Source of the DNA: the human T2T-CHM13v2.0 reference genome, Homo sapiens | NCBI RefSeq assembly: GCF_009914755.1 | Contig: NC_060934.1 | DNA: 64,000 nucleotides | Strand: one strand, 5' to 3' | Part shown: piece after piece, positions 1 through 13,988 of the stretch | Layout of the letters: every line of letters begins with the position of its first letter | Position numbering within the stretch: the first letter of the stretch is position 1 | The notes under the pieces: model-generated | Told to the model about the DNA's origin: nothing | Database searches by the model: none | What the model saw: the letters and a program-made list of their open reading frames with translations, nothing else | Made by a program: the position numbers and the translations under genes

Positions 1-90
1 TTCAGTATCTTCCTTCTAGCCATTTGAAACTGTTTAATATATTGTTGCTAACTATCATCATCCTACAGTGGTATAGAACACTGATACTTA
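1..90 (-). mobile_element. L1M 3' UTR fragment
   Basis: Resembles the antisense L1MA 3' end (…ttgttgctaactatcatcatcctacagtggtatagaacact). Confidence 0.55.
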
Positions 91-1389
91 TTTGATGATT
101 ATAGAAGCTGGGGAATGAATATAAGGAACTTCATTATACTATTCTATTTTTGAATATATTTGGAAATTTCAATATTAAAAAACCTTTTAAACTATTTGCA
201 AAAAAAACAAAAAACAAAAAACAAAACAAAACTAAAACCACCGAGGCTGCATGACCCTTGCAAGTTGCTGAGGTAGGCAGTCAGCTGGAGCGAAACTGTT
301 GCAACATTTCTTGTATATTGAGAGGCCGCGAGTTTGAGCCACTCCTGTTAGTTCGAACCAGTCCTGTTCCCAAGACTCCCTGCAGGCACAGGCTTGGCCA
401 TCATTCCAGCTCTGCCCCAGCAGTATTCCTTCATGCCAGCATCTTTGGGTTTCTGGATGAAGTTTTCAGCAACTGCATAAAATTCCATTTCTCTTGCCAG
501 CTGGGCAAGAGATAGCTTCATGAAAACAAAGCCAGAATACATGGGGCCAGAAAACTCCTAGCCTTCTTCCTGCATAGGAAAACTGGATTTCTCTAGAAGG
601 CTCAAGCTCCTGGGTAGAGCTCCTGGGCCACTTAATTGGGCAGTCCCCCATCTTTGTTTCTGGTAGTGAAGGGGCCCAGGTTGGTCTCCTTTCTAAGTCT
701 CTATACACAAAGCCCTTCTTCAGTGGAAAAGTCTTGACATATACTAGAAGTCTCATTCACCTTTCAGAGCCTTCAAGAATCCTGATGTGCTTTGACTCCT
801 GTTCCTGGGAGAGGCCACAGAACTGTTCTGGAGCTGAAGTTCAAGTTCAAATATCCATCACTGTTACTAAGCCTTTACATAGCATGTTATTTGTTTCCAG
901 CGGGCTCCGTGGTCACTTAAGCTTGCTTGTATCTATCTAAATGGAGTGGTTTTCACCCTCATTTAGGTAACGTCTTGCACCTTTCATACTGAGATTGGCC
1001 ATTTTATTTGCAACTCATTCTGCAACCCATTTGCTCCTCCAATGTCCCTTATAAGGATGCAGAGGATTCCGTAAAATGCCACAGAGACCTGCGTTTAGGG
1101 CAAATATTTGATCAAAAGTCCACCAACTCACATGAGTAACACTTCTGGCAACCTGTGCAATGCTGGTACAAAGTAAATGAAACTGTCCTGAGCAGGTGTT
1201 ACAAATGCCCTCCCTGAGAGTCTCCAGGGCCTCTTTATTCAAGCACAGCAGTGTGGTCCAACCAGATCAGAGTCAGGAGACACAAGTTTTAATTCCAGCT
1301 TTCTCAAAATCTCCTTTTGTGAGCTTAGACATAATTACAGCACCTGGGTACTAAACACCTCTGTTCCAGGTGCCATGATCATTGCCTGA

Positions 1390-1880
<491 letters not shown>

Positions 1881-2784
1881 TATCCAGCACTGCATTACCT
1901 TTCCTGGCCTCATTTTTCTCACCTGTAAAAAGGCATGTTTAGAGTGTGTGTAATTTTTCACCTCTAGCTGAGCCCTTCCTTGGTGACCCATGATAACACC
2001 CATGAGCAACTACATATGGTTACAGACAGCATTTGGAGAAGGACAGAAAGACAGAAGATAGTGCTTCCTTTGACAACGTCAATTTTTCAGTGCATGAAGC
2101 CCTGTGTAGTGCTGTTTTCTAGCTTCCCCTTTACAAATGAGGTCGACGAAAGTAAAGTTAATGAAGCAACTCAGCTATCACCGGAATGCAGCAGAAGTAA
2201 TCAAGTCCAGGACTAAGGGACAGTTGCCATGACATCCCAACGCATGCACCATGATCACCGTCGATGACTATGCTCTTCTCTGATTGATGGCAGCTTGCCT
2301 CTCTGTTCTTGTAAGCAAATGTGATAACAATATTAAACAATTACAAGTAGTGTCCCCAGCTGCTTCTCCACTGCCTTTGAAATATTATTTTAGATCTGCC
2401 AAAATAATTGCAAACCCATTAACATGGAAGGGGGTGCGTGTATCCCTGCCCTCCTGAGTAGTACATTCACCCAAAGACAACAGGATGACAAGCCTCCTTC
2501 CAGGACATTCAGAGACACAGTCACCCTGCCAAGCAGACTGAGACTTGCAAAGGTCCAATACCCTTTTTAAGAAGCTTGCTGGATGACCTCTTTAAACATA
2601 CCAGCATGAAGAAGAGGAACAATCTGGGTGAGAGGGGCGTTTTGCCTGCTCTAAGGTTAGAATGCAACTTGTTCACCAAAGTGTGGTTATCTGACCTCCA
2701 CAATGCTGGAGCCCAGCTAAATCCTGCAAATGTGTATCTACCACTGACTATGGAAAAAACAATAATGTGCTGTGGGGAATCCAG

Positions 2785-2856
2785 TCTCTCTCTCTCTCAC
2801 ACACAGACACACACACACACACACGTGCACACTCATGCGCACGCGCACACATACAC
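2785..2856. repeat. (TC)n-(CA)n compound microsatellite
   Basis: Seen directly. Confidence 0.9.
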
Positions 2857-2942
2857 GGCTCCTGCTATCTCGGAACTTCCAGGCTGATAAGGAGAAAGTG
2901 CAAGCATTAGTAGGTAAGTCTGCTACCAGGAGGAATGTGATT

Positions 2943-2989
2943 AAAAACAAAACAAAACAAAACAGAACAAAACAAAACAAAACAAAAAC
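2943..2989. repeat. (AAAAC)n
   Basis: Seen directly. Confidence 0.9.
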
Positions 2990-3059
2990 AGGGTACAACA
3001 CAGTATGATAGAAGCAAACAAAAGGCTGAGATGAGCTCTAACTCCACTTTATTTACTAA

Positions 3060-3553
<494 letters not shown>

Positions 3554-4014
3554 GCCTTGCCCACTTTTACCTACTCAGTTTCTCTCCAGTCCCTCCGCTT
3601 TCTCCATAGGCACTAGCAATACCTTGGCTACACGATGACCACCAGCAGCAGCTGGGGAAACCAGCACCCTGCTAACCTCCAAGCACCTTCTCCCATCTGC
3701 ATAGAATACGTCTTCCCTTTAGTTAGCTTGGGTAACCTCAGATTCTGGACCACCCCTGGGCTGATAGCAATTTCTAGTGAAATGCCTCAAGGTAGAAGTA
3801 TAATCTGAATCACCTTGCAGAGAGGATTGGGTGGCTATCTGAACAAAATGTGGGTCTTATAGGAAGGATAAAGGAGAATACTTCTTGGGGAGAAGAAATC
3901 AATAGGAATGTGCCTCAGGGAAAAAATGTGTACCAGAGGAGAATGAATCGTAATGAGTCATTTGCAATATGGCATGTTTATTGTGGCTCGGGTTCCTTGG
4001 CCCTGCACAGAGCT

Positions 4015-4290
4015 GTCATTCACTCACTTGACAAATATTTGAGTGGCAGACTCTAGGGTCACAACAGTGAGCAAGAATGCACAGTTCCTGCCCTTATGGA
4101 GCTTAGAGTCTAATAGGGAGGGCTGACATTAACTGCAGCATCATGTAATAAGGGAAACTGCAGCAAACCCAGGTGTGATCCAAGAGCTGGGAAAATGGAC
4201 TGACCACAGGAGGGAGGCAGGAAAGTCTGCCCCTGGGAAGTGTTACCTGAACTGAAATCAGGGAGGAAATTAGGCAAAGGCTCAGCATTC
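4015..4290 (-). mobile_element. L2 3' fragment
   Basis: 'cattcactcacttgacaaatatttgag…cctgcccttatggagcttagagtcta' is typical antisense L2. Confidence 0.65.
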
Positions 4291-4989
4291 AGGTGGAGGT
4301 GGAAGCTGGCCCGTGAGGAGGGTGGCCTGGAGAGGTTGGAAAACACCCAGGTCCTTGGAGCTCTTGCTGAGCTGCTGAATTAGCCAGTGCTGGCTCTCAC
4401 CTGACCTCTGCTCTTCTTGTTTTGCAAGGTCGTACATTTTCTTTTGTGAAAACTAGTTTGAGTTGGGGTTTGTTAGTGTTCTGAGTCCCCGTCCTGCGAG
4501 GTAGACAGGAGGCCTTGCTGTACTCTGGAGAAGCGAAAGATGGAGAAGGTTTTTAGGGCCTGGAGAAGAGGCCCTTTAAGGGAGCATTGAATAAGATGGC
4601 ACTACAGCTAGACGGCCCAGATTCACTTCCTGGCTTTCTGTCTTGTCTCTGTGCCTCAGTTTTCCCATCTGAAAAATAGAATAATGATAGTGTCTGCCTG
4701 TGCCCGTAAGACCCTTCACTGTGGGAATGGCTATCTTTTTTGCCTTTTCACTCACAGCTCTGTTCCTGACTATATCCCCACTGAACCACTCATTAACGTT
4801 TAAAATGGGCATGTTTTCTCTGCAAGATTTTGCTAAAGGTATTTCCCTCCTCAAAATACCTTTGGTCCATCTCCTCCTCTTGGAATCCATCCTTCAGAAA
4901 TCAGTTCAAATTCCATCACTCTGAAGCCTTCCTAAATTATCCCCAGCCTCTTTTATGGTTTGAGCCATTTTCCCCATATTTATATTTTG

Positions 4990-5088
<99 letters not shown>

Positions 5089-5128
5089 CCTTCCTTCCTT
5101 CCTTCCTTCCTTCCTTCCTTTCTTTCCC

Positions 5129-5192
<64 letters not shown>

Positions 5193-5206
5193 TTCTTTTC
5201 TTTTCT
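4990..5206. repeat. Compound (CTTT)n/(CT)n/(CCTT)n microsatellite derived from an Alu tail
   Basis: Pure pyrimidine tract lying inside the Alu TSD. Confidence 0.95.
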
Positions 5207-5488
5207 TGAGACAGGGTCTCACTCTGCCACTCAGACTGGAGTGCAGTGGTGTAATCTCAGCTCACTGCAACATCCACTTCCGGGCCTCAAGCAATCTTCC
5301 CACCTCAGCCTGCTGAGTAGCTGGGATTACAGGTGCATGCTACCAAACCTGGCTAATTTTTATTTATTTTGTAAAGATAGGGTTTCACCATTTTGCCCAG
5401 GTTGGTCGCAAACTCCCGGGCTCAAGTGATCTGTGCACCTCAGCCCCACAAAGTGCTGGGATTAGAGGCATGAGCCACCCCGCCCAGC
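5206..5488 (-). mobile_element. AluJ
   Basis: Antisense dimer with J diagnostics; TSD atattttgctttct at 4982 and 5489. Confidence 0.93.
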
Positions 5489-6454
5489 ATATTTTGCTTT
5501 CTGGTTACATAAAATTATAAGTACACATGGTCTCCCCTTCCACTCAAATGTGAAGTTATTGAGGGCAAGCCCTATTAGCATAGCCATATTTCAAGAGTCC
5601 TGGGCGCTCAAATCTGATGCAAAATTTGCCATGCTTTTCCTGTGACGATACAATAAATTGGCTTGTTTGTGCATGGATTTACATATCATACCTGAGCAAA
5701 TCTAAGATCTAAGATTTTCTGCCTCCCAACTCAGCGGGCCGTATGTTACTGCAGGCAAGACTCCTAGTTTTGTAATGAGAAAATGCACGTGGTAACATCT
5801 TGTAGGTTGCAAAGCACCACATGCATATTAAATACCTTCATCTTTACCACCACCATTATCATCATCACTGTCAGACCCGACACCACTTTCAGCATGGCCT
5901 CAGCACTCCTTTAACCTCACTTCCTTCCATCTGCCCTACACTCTCACCCCTGAGTTGTGACAGTCAGACGAAGTAAAGAACCTGAAAAAATGCTGGGTGC
6001 ACGGATGCATGGATGGGTGCCTGGATGGAAGGCACGCTGGTCCTGGAGACAGACTCAACTATGTATGATGTGTTTTGTTTTCTAGCTGAGAAAATAAGCT
6101 TCCCTTGCAAGCTTATGCAAATTCACATAGCAACAGTGCAGGTGTGGCCCCCCCAATACCCTATTTCCTCTTCCCTTCTCAAAATCTTCTCCAAACCCAT
6201 GACTTGCCTGATGAGAATCAACCTTTCCATGAACAGTGGCTTCCATCTCAATAGCCTCTAATCATTCTGTCTTTCCCCTCCACTGTGAACGATAGTGAAG
6301 TACCTTATTACCGTATATCTAGTTAGCAATTCAAGGAACCAAGGCACAGAGACATTTTTTTTCTTTATTCATTAGAAAAACAATGAAACAAAAAAATCGC
6401 TCTGAGAGCCTCAGGGGTTGCAATCACTAATAATTTAAAACAACACAATTATGA

Positions 6455-6457
<3 letters not shown>

Positions 6458-6492
<35 letters not shown>
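6458..6492. repeat. (TA)n microsatellite
   Basis: Seen directly. Confidence 0.95.
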
Positions 6493-6498
<6 letters not shown>

Positions 6499-6625
6499 AT
6501 GAGCTGTAGAACATACTTAGAAACATTGATTTAGAAACGAGCTTAAGATCACAGAGAGGGTCAATACCAGGGTAGCACCCAGGACAGAAGCCTGACTTTA
6601 GACAATGCCCTGCTAGGAAAAAAAA

Positions 6626-6664
6626 CCTCCAGGTGGCTCATCTGCTGGGTGGGAGGCCCGCCCC
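6626..6664 (+). promoter_or_regulatory. CTCF-like motif, E-box and GC box cluster
   Basis: CCTCCAGGTGGCTC, CATCTG and GGCCCGCCCC within 40 bp; motif match only. Confidence 0.25.
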
Positions 6665-7302
6665 TGGAAACAGAGGTATCAAGAGACCATCACTCTGGGA
6701 ACAAAGGTCATTCTAACATGCCTGTCAGTGGAGTCTTGCATGGGTCGCCTTGGGTAATTAGTTCTGTGTGCTATTTTGCTGGGTTTATGTATTCCTATTC
6801 CTTCATCTTTCAGGACTCCTGGGAAATATCTGAAATATAAGACAGGAACTCTGACCTTTGGGTGGTATTAATAGCTTTAATTAACACTCAACAATGAGAA
6901 GTCAGTGGTTGATATTTGAAACTGGCAAACTTCCTTGCCTGCAAGCTGCCAGATTTTCCATCTGTGGGCACCTGGCACCTGGCTTTCCATGGCTGGAGCT
7001 GGGGCGAGATGTTCCATTCCCTCTTCCCTGTGGTGGCCCTCTTGGTTGTCTTGCTATGGTTCCAGGCTTGTTCTCACTCCCTGCCTCCCAGGCTGTGATC
7101 TGTCACTGTATTCTGGCTGCCGCAGCGCTTGCGGGCCTGCTTTGCTCTCCAGCCCAAGGTTCCCAGCCTCCTGAGTCCCTGGTGATGTTCATGGATGGAG
7201 GGAACCCACAGATACCTTCCATTCTTCTCTTTGCTTTAGCCAGATACCTTTTGCCCTCCATCAAACCAGAGACTCCTTCCTCCATGACACTGGCCACAGT
7301 AA

Positions 7303-7627
<325 letters not shown>

Positions 7628-8470
7628 CATAGTAAACATTTTTAAGTTTCTTCTTTAGGATTTGTTGGCATGTTTGGTGTGTAAAAAGCAGTCCCCGGTG
7701 ATATTGGTAAGCGCAGACTGACACATGGCTGGTAGTTTCTTATTCAAATTTGAAAAACGATGTGATGATCATCGTACCTAAAAACTGTACATAAGCCGTA
7801 CAAGCTAAGCATAGGCATTGCTCCCTATCTGCGTGCCTATATCGGTAAATACGAGTATATTTATTTGACATAGGGAATAAGGCGTTTACATTTATCTCAA
7901 AACTCCGTAGCCCCTGGCTCTTACTAGGCCCAAGCTGTTTGGCTTGGGATTAAGCCTCCACACAATTTAAAAATTCTCCAAAGTGAGATTCAAATTGTAG
8001 CCCAAGTCAGAGCTCAAACTTCAGTCTGAGTTTAATGCACCATGGTGGAAACTTAGTATCCTTGGTTTGCATGCCTGACACCAGGAGGAGAAAGCAAGGA
8101 CTATTGTTCTTTCAGAAAAGGTTAGCAGTGTGGAATTCCCAGGTAACACCTCCATGTTCTTCTATAATTGGCCCTGTTACACCGTAAGCTCCCAGTTGCA
8201 GCATTTGTAGTAGAGAATGTAACCACACAAATCCCCAAATTATACTTTTGCTAGAGAAAAGGAAACAATGAAGCACAGAGTTCACAAATCTCTCCTCTAA
8301 CGACAACACATCTAAAAGTACAAGGATGGGCAAAACCACCAGCAAGAAGAGAGGCTCAGGCGATGCAGAAGCTTCATTTGTTGAGGGAGGAACTCTAGAA
8401 TGAACAGAAGATGGCAGAGTAGAAGCAAAGCCAACCTTCCGGCTGCTTTAGCTCCTTAGCCCAACTCACT

Positions 8471-8571
8471 GTGCCCCCCCCGGCCGCCCTGTTGTCTCTA
8501 GGTGCTGAGTCACTTTGGTTCAATACCCAGCCTCGAAGATGAAGTCCAGTTACGTGTGACTGTTCTGGAGA
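8471..8571 (-). other. Candidate non-coding cassette exon overlapping an enhancer-like element
   Basis: Minus-strand acceptor tgtgtctttcccgacag|TCTCC and donor GGCACA|GTGAGT about 100 nt apart; no supported reading frame. Confidence 0.3.
8503..8513 (+). promoter_or_regulatory. ARE/MARE-type site (NRF2/BACH-sMAF, AP-1 core)
   Basis: TGCTGAGTCAC matches the consensus; GC-rich tract adjacent at 8473-8489. Confidence 0.4.
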
Positions 8572-9082
8572 CTGTCGGGAAAGACACAGATTCCAAACAT
8601 GAACAACACAGACAGCATAACTTAGTTAAGTGCCTGTGGCTCCATGATGTGACTGCCCCAACTCCCATGACAAATGTCAGGCTTCCATGTGAGGCTTCTG
8701 ATCCACTTGTCAGTTGATTAAGAGATATTTGGGCATAGACAAAAACATATTTTAAAATCTTGACTCAGGAAACAGAGGCAAACAAGATACCACGCCACGA
8801 GATGAATAAGGTCATTTTCTGTACTCTGCTGACTCAAGACGTCTGGCCCTTCCTCTCCTTCCGCTCCCGCTAGAAGCTGTCCTAGCTGGGAGCTGGACTG
8901 TTGAAATCATGCACCTCTGGCCTTTTCTTATAATCACACAAGGACCTCTTCATCCTGATCAAAACACCTGCACCTCCATCGCCCTGACCGAAGACCCCTG
9001 CTTTGTTCACAGTTACTCTTTGGTCTACAGTCATGCCGGCAATTTCTAATTTCTTATCCCTGACCAAAAGGCATAAAATTCA

Positions 9083-9393
<311 letters not shown>

Positions 9394-10419
9394 ATCTTAA
9401 ACATCCAATCGTGGGAGCTCCCAGAGCCACAGTTTTCTCCCCAAGTTGTCTAACAACCAGAATGAGAAGTATTGAGGGAAAAAGAGGGCAGAGCAAATGT
9501 GGAGAGGGGAGGCTGCCTGGGGTCTCCTGGGAGCAGACAGCAAGCTGTATTCCCCTTTTAATGTCCACGACTGAAGAGGTTGTTATCAATCTGGCTGGCC
9601 CCTCTTTGTTCCCCACGTGTACCTGGGAAAGTGATGTGACTCTCATGATGGAAAGGGGAGGAGGAGGAGAGCAGAGACAGTAGATCTGGAGTATTCCCCA
9701 CCACCTCCCATTCCTCCTCTTTGAATCCTCTCATTTGATGTTGGGAGTTTTATTTGCACATGGCAGGTGAGCAGCCCAGGGCTGTCTGGGAAGTTGAGGA
9801 TCAGGACACATCATGGCCACTGTGGGGCTCCCACGCAGGCCCAGCTGCCAGAGGGCCTGCTGGTGGGAAGCTCTGCCCTCTGGGAGTCACACACGATGAA
9901 TGGAGAGAAACTATTTTATCCTGCCTTAAGCATGGTATGCCCCAGGGTGATCTACTCAATGGGAGTGTATTTCAAGCAGATTCAGCAACAATATTTCCTG
10001 GTGCCATTAGAATTCTAAAGACAAGGCAGCCATCCTGGTTCTCTGTTTTACGAAGAGGTAATCCTATTTTATCCTCATGCCATCATCAGTAAGATCAGAA
10101 TAAGGATAATATCAGTGAAGTAAGAGTAAGTTAGTTTTTTACCAAACTTCAGGAATATTTGATTCAAGATTTCATGGCAGAAGGAAGTGCATTTTTGATA
10201 AAAATGATTTCAATTTAGCACATGATGAGGTGAATGAAGTTGAATTAGCAGGATTAGATGACATTTTGCTAAAGAGCACTTGAGACACTGCTATTTGGGT
10301 CGTGAGGCCTTCAAGAAAATACCACTTTGTTAAAGCCTGAAGGCTTTAAATATAAAGCTGGTATCAAGTAAATAATGAAACAGTTTGCTTTTAAGCACCA
10401 AAGCGATGTTGAGAATGTA

Positions 10420-10467
10420 TTAGGTTGGTGAAAAAGTACCAAAATAATTACTTTTACACCAACCTAA
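10420..10467. mobile_element. MADE1 (mariner MITE), internally deleted
   Basis: TIRs ttaggttggtgaaaaagta…tacttttacaccaacctaa flanked by TA on both sides. Confidence 0.85.
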
Positions 10468-11324
10468 TAGTCATTCTGGTGTCTGGCCATATGTTTTGAA
10501 GGCATTTGTGGGTCCCTTATGCATGACAGCACCCTCTCTAGATGCTTGGGCATCTCAACAAGAAGCAGGACTACACCCACTTGGCCACCATGGGGAGGGC
10601 TTGATGGCCATGGCTGGTGACAGTCTGAGCCTGCAGGACCTCAGAGTTCTAGCAGCTGCTGAGTCTGGGCTGCCAACACACTCATCCTTTGCTGGCTGGA
10701 GGAGGAAGGACCAAGCTCCCTTAGAGAACCATTCTGTTCCCTGTTCTCACTCCCATGTGCTATATCCTGTGTGGAGAGGGAGGAGTAATCAACCTTCACT
10801 ACCCTTTTTGTCTAGAATCTGCCTGTTTCTTCTCCACAAAGACTTGGAGAACCATATCTTATGAGTCTGTATTCCCTGAGTAAAAGCCCATCATTTCGAG
10901 GACAAGGGGCCAACCTCTAACTCCACCTCTGGAATGAAAAGTTAGTCTCACCTATGATGAATTCAGATGGGAAAATAGAGTTTGCTGGGGGCATGTGGTG
11001 ATGGACAGGAAGATGGGGAAATAAGGTGAAGTTAGAAGAACTTGTTTCTTGGTATCTGATTGGAGTCTATCTTGTGAAGCCTCTGAGTCTCGGCCAGGCT
11101 GGGTTCTCCTCTTTGCTTTAACTGCTAGAAAATATAGAGCCATATCTGTGATTTACCTTTTGATAATTTCTACAAGGTTTCTGGTAAATAGTCTTGTGGA
11201 CTGACTTTATCTTGGGCTTCATTTTACCATTTTCTCTTTGTCTTTTTTTGTTTATTCCCATTCTGCTGTATAGCATATGTTTTGTAACATGTCTTGAAAT
11301 CTTTTTGGAATGAGAATTGGAAAG

Positions 11325-11830
11325 AATGGATGGATGGATGGATGGATGGATGGATGGATGGATAGGTAGATAAATGGGTGAATGGGTGAATGGGTGGATA
11401 GATGTATGGCTAGATGAGTGGATGAATTGATGAATGGATGGGTAGATGGATGGATGGATAAATGGGTGAATGGGTGGATGGATGGATGGATGGGGGATAG
11501 GTGGATGAATGGATAGATATGTGGATGGATGGGAGATAAGCACATGAATGGATAGATATGTGGATATATGGGGGGATGAATTGTTGGAGGGATGGAGGGA
11601 TGGGTGAAAAGATGGAGGGATTGGTGAAAAAAATGGGTGGATGGATGGGTAGGTGGGTAGATGGATGGATGGGTAGATGGATGGATAAATGAGGGATGGA
11701 TGAATGGGTGAATGGGTGGATGGACGGATGAGTTGATAGATGGGGGTACAAATGAATGGATGGATGGGTGGGTCAATAGATGGGTGGATGGATGGATGGG
11801 TGGATAAGTGGATGGGTGAGTGGATGGATA
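11325..11830. repeat. Degenerate (TGGA)n / (GATG)n array, about 500 bp
   Basis: Seen directly; source of the His/Pro/Ser/Ile-rich ORFs. Confidence 0.95.
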
Positions 11831-12238
11831 GAAAGTCATAGAGACAAAGATAAATGAAGTTGGGAGGTGTGGAGACCCAAGGAGTGATTGGAAAATCATG
11901 AAACACCATTGTCTGGCTGTTGACAAGTGTGACAAAAGAAAAACAGAAGACTTACCAAAGATAAAGACTCAACCAAGGTTAAAAACACATGACCACAAAC
12001 CCTGTTACAGTTGACATCAGAATAAAATGCCCTTCTCAATTACATAAAAGGGAAATTGAAGAGATGTTGAGGGACTAATTTTTTTTGAGGACTAGAGGTT
12101 GCACATGTAACCTACAATTCTATTTCCATAATTGTTTCATGAAGAAATATTTTAAAAGTAAGAAAACAAGCATTCTGTCCATCAGCAGTATTGAACTGGA
12201 AATTCTCCTTTCAGATTCACTTTTTCAAGTTTTCAGAG

Positions 12239-12670
12239 TGTTAAAGCAAACTTAATATGGCCTGAGAAAGAACTCCATACTTCTATATTTGAGTCCTTGT
12301 GGATGAACTGTAACCTAGCTTAATAGTCAAACAAGATTGAAAACCTAACTTAGGAGTATGTGCCTGTAACAATAGCTGAGTCTTGACCAATCCCAGCAGC
12401 CCTACTTCAACCACTCGTTGACTGCTAAGTGTCCAAACTGTGTTCAAATAAGGCAAACACCATCCTGTAACCAATCCAGCTGTTTCCATACCTTACTGCC
12501 AGTTTCTGTACATCATTTCCCTTTTCTGTCTATAAATCTTCTTCCACCATGTGGCTGCGTTGGAGTCTCTGTGAATCTGCTGTGATTCTGGGGGCTGCCT
12601 GATTCACAAATTATTCATTGCTCAATTAAACTCCTTTAAATTTAATTCAGCTGAAGTTTTTCTGTTATCA
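12239..12670 (+). mobile_element. ERV1 solo LTR, MER57A-like
   Basis: TG…CA ends, 4-bp TSD AGAG, resembles the MER57A consensus as recalled; internal TATAAA and AATTAAA. Confidence 0.8.
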
Positions 12671-13247
12671 AGAGGCATAGGGGTTCACAGATGAACTCTC
12701 ACAAAGACATGAGGAAGATTCAGGTTTGTGCAAGCACAGAAAAACATATATGACTATGAAGATATATCACAGATGCAAAGGGGAACACCAGATGATACTT
12801 TCTATGAAAATATTTATCAAAAACCAAATTAAACTATGATGCCTGATTCCACTTATGGAATATAAAGTGCTTTATTTTATTTTGCGGGATCTACTTCCCG
12901 CAAATAGAACATTGGACTGAATACAATGGTCATGGAAAATATAGAAATTATTCCTGGTATTAGGAGAAACTGTATATTCTAACAATCGCACAAATAAAGA
13001 TGCTATATTGAAATGCATGTTCAACTTATTCTAAACATACCGTGGTTCCCCCTGACACTGAATGTTGCTTGTCACCAAGGTTGGCCCTGACTCTCTGGCT
13101 GCCATGTCTAGCCAGGCCGTTTAAGGTTTTCCTATCATCTTGTTAATTAATCCCTAGGAACCAGTAGGTTCCAAGTGCTCATAATTCGTGTTATGCATTT
13201 TACAGGAATGAGACAGTGAGAGAAACTCAGGTGCCACCACTGGGGTA

Positions 13248-13988
13248 AGTGAGAGGAAAATAAATCTCGGGACCCCATAATCAATAAGCCAAAGCGAAAA
13301 GTCAGGCTGTGAACTGCATCAGACAAACCTGCCTCCCAGTTTACTCCTAAATATGACAACTACAAAGATAAAAAGGCTACATACCTCCCTCGCAATTTGC
13401 CCACAAGAAAATTCCTTGTGGACCTTGAGATGTTAACCCCAAAACAGTTCTGTTGAATTTCACCCTTGAAATGTAAATGGTAGCTTATCTTCACAGGGAC
13501 AGAAAGTTATCCCTCTGCTCACCTGAGACAAATACATGTCTGATGGCTTCCTCTGCCCTATTGCTTATGTAAAAATGCAGATTTACTGAGCCAGACTGAG
13601 GCATAAGTGACTATTCCTCTACCCCCCAACCCCACTCGTCTCATATGTAAACTGTGTACTCAGTGCAAGGCTGATCAAAGACCCAAAAGAATGCCATCAT
13701 TTGTCTCTTATCTACCTATGACCTGGAACCTACCCCCACCCCTGCCCATCCCCACCCGCTTCCAGTTGTCTCGCCTTTCCTGGCTGAACCAATGTACATC
13801 AATGTACATCTTATACATATTGATTAATGTCTCTTGTCTTCCTTAAATGCATAAAAGCAAGCTGTACCCCGACCACCTTGGGCACATGTCATCAGGACCT
13901 CCTGAGGTTGTATCACAGCTGCGTTTTTAACCTTGACAAAATAAACCTAAATGGACTGAGACCTGTCTCAAATACTTTTGATTTCACA
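13248..13988 (+). mobile_element. ERV1 solo LTR, MER4-family
   Basis: Starts …gagaggaaaataaatctcgggacccc, ends …tttcaca, TSD GGTA, AATAAA near the 3' end. Confidence 0.8.

Noticed and set aside
4830-5429. 199-aa and 118-aa Phe/Leu/Ser-rich ORFs
   Set aside because: Microsatellite plus antisense Alu.
7762-7860. C-box-like GTGATGA suggesting a C/D snoRNA
   Set aside because: No CTGA D box or terminal stem at a suitable distance.
11118-11935. ORFs of 263, 227 and 113 aa
   Set aside because: Translations of the (TGGA)n array; low complexity, no coding signal.
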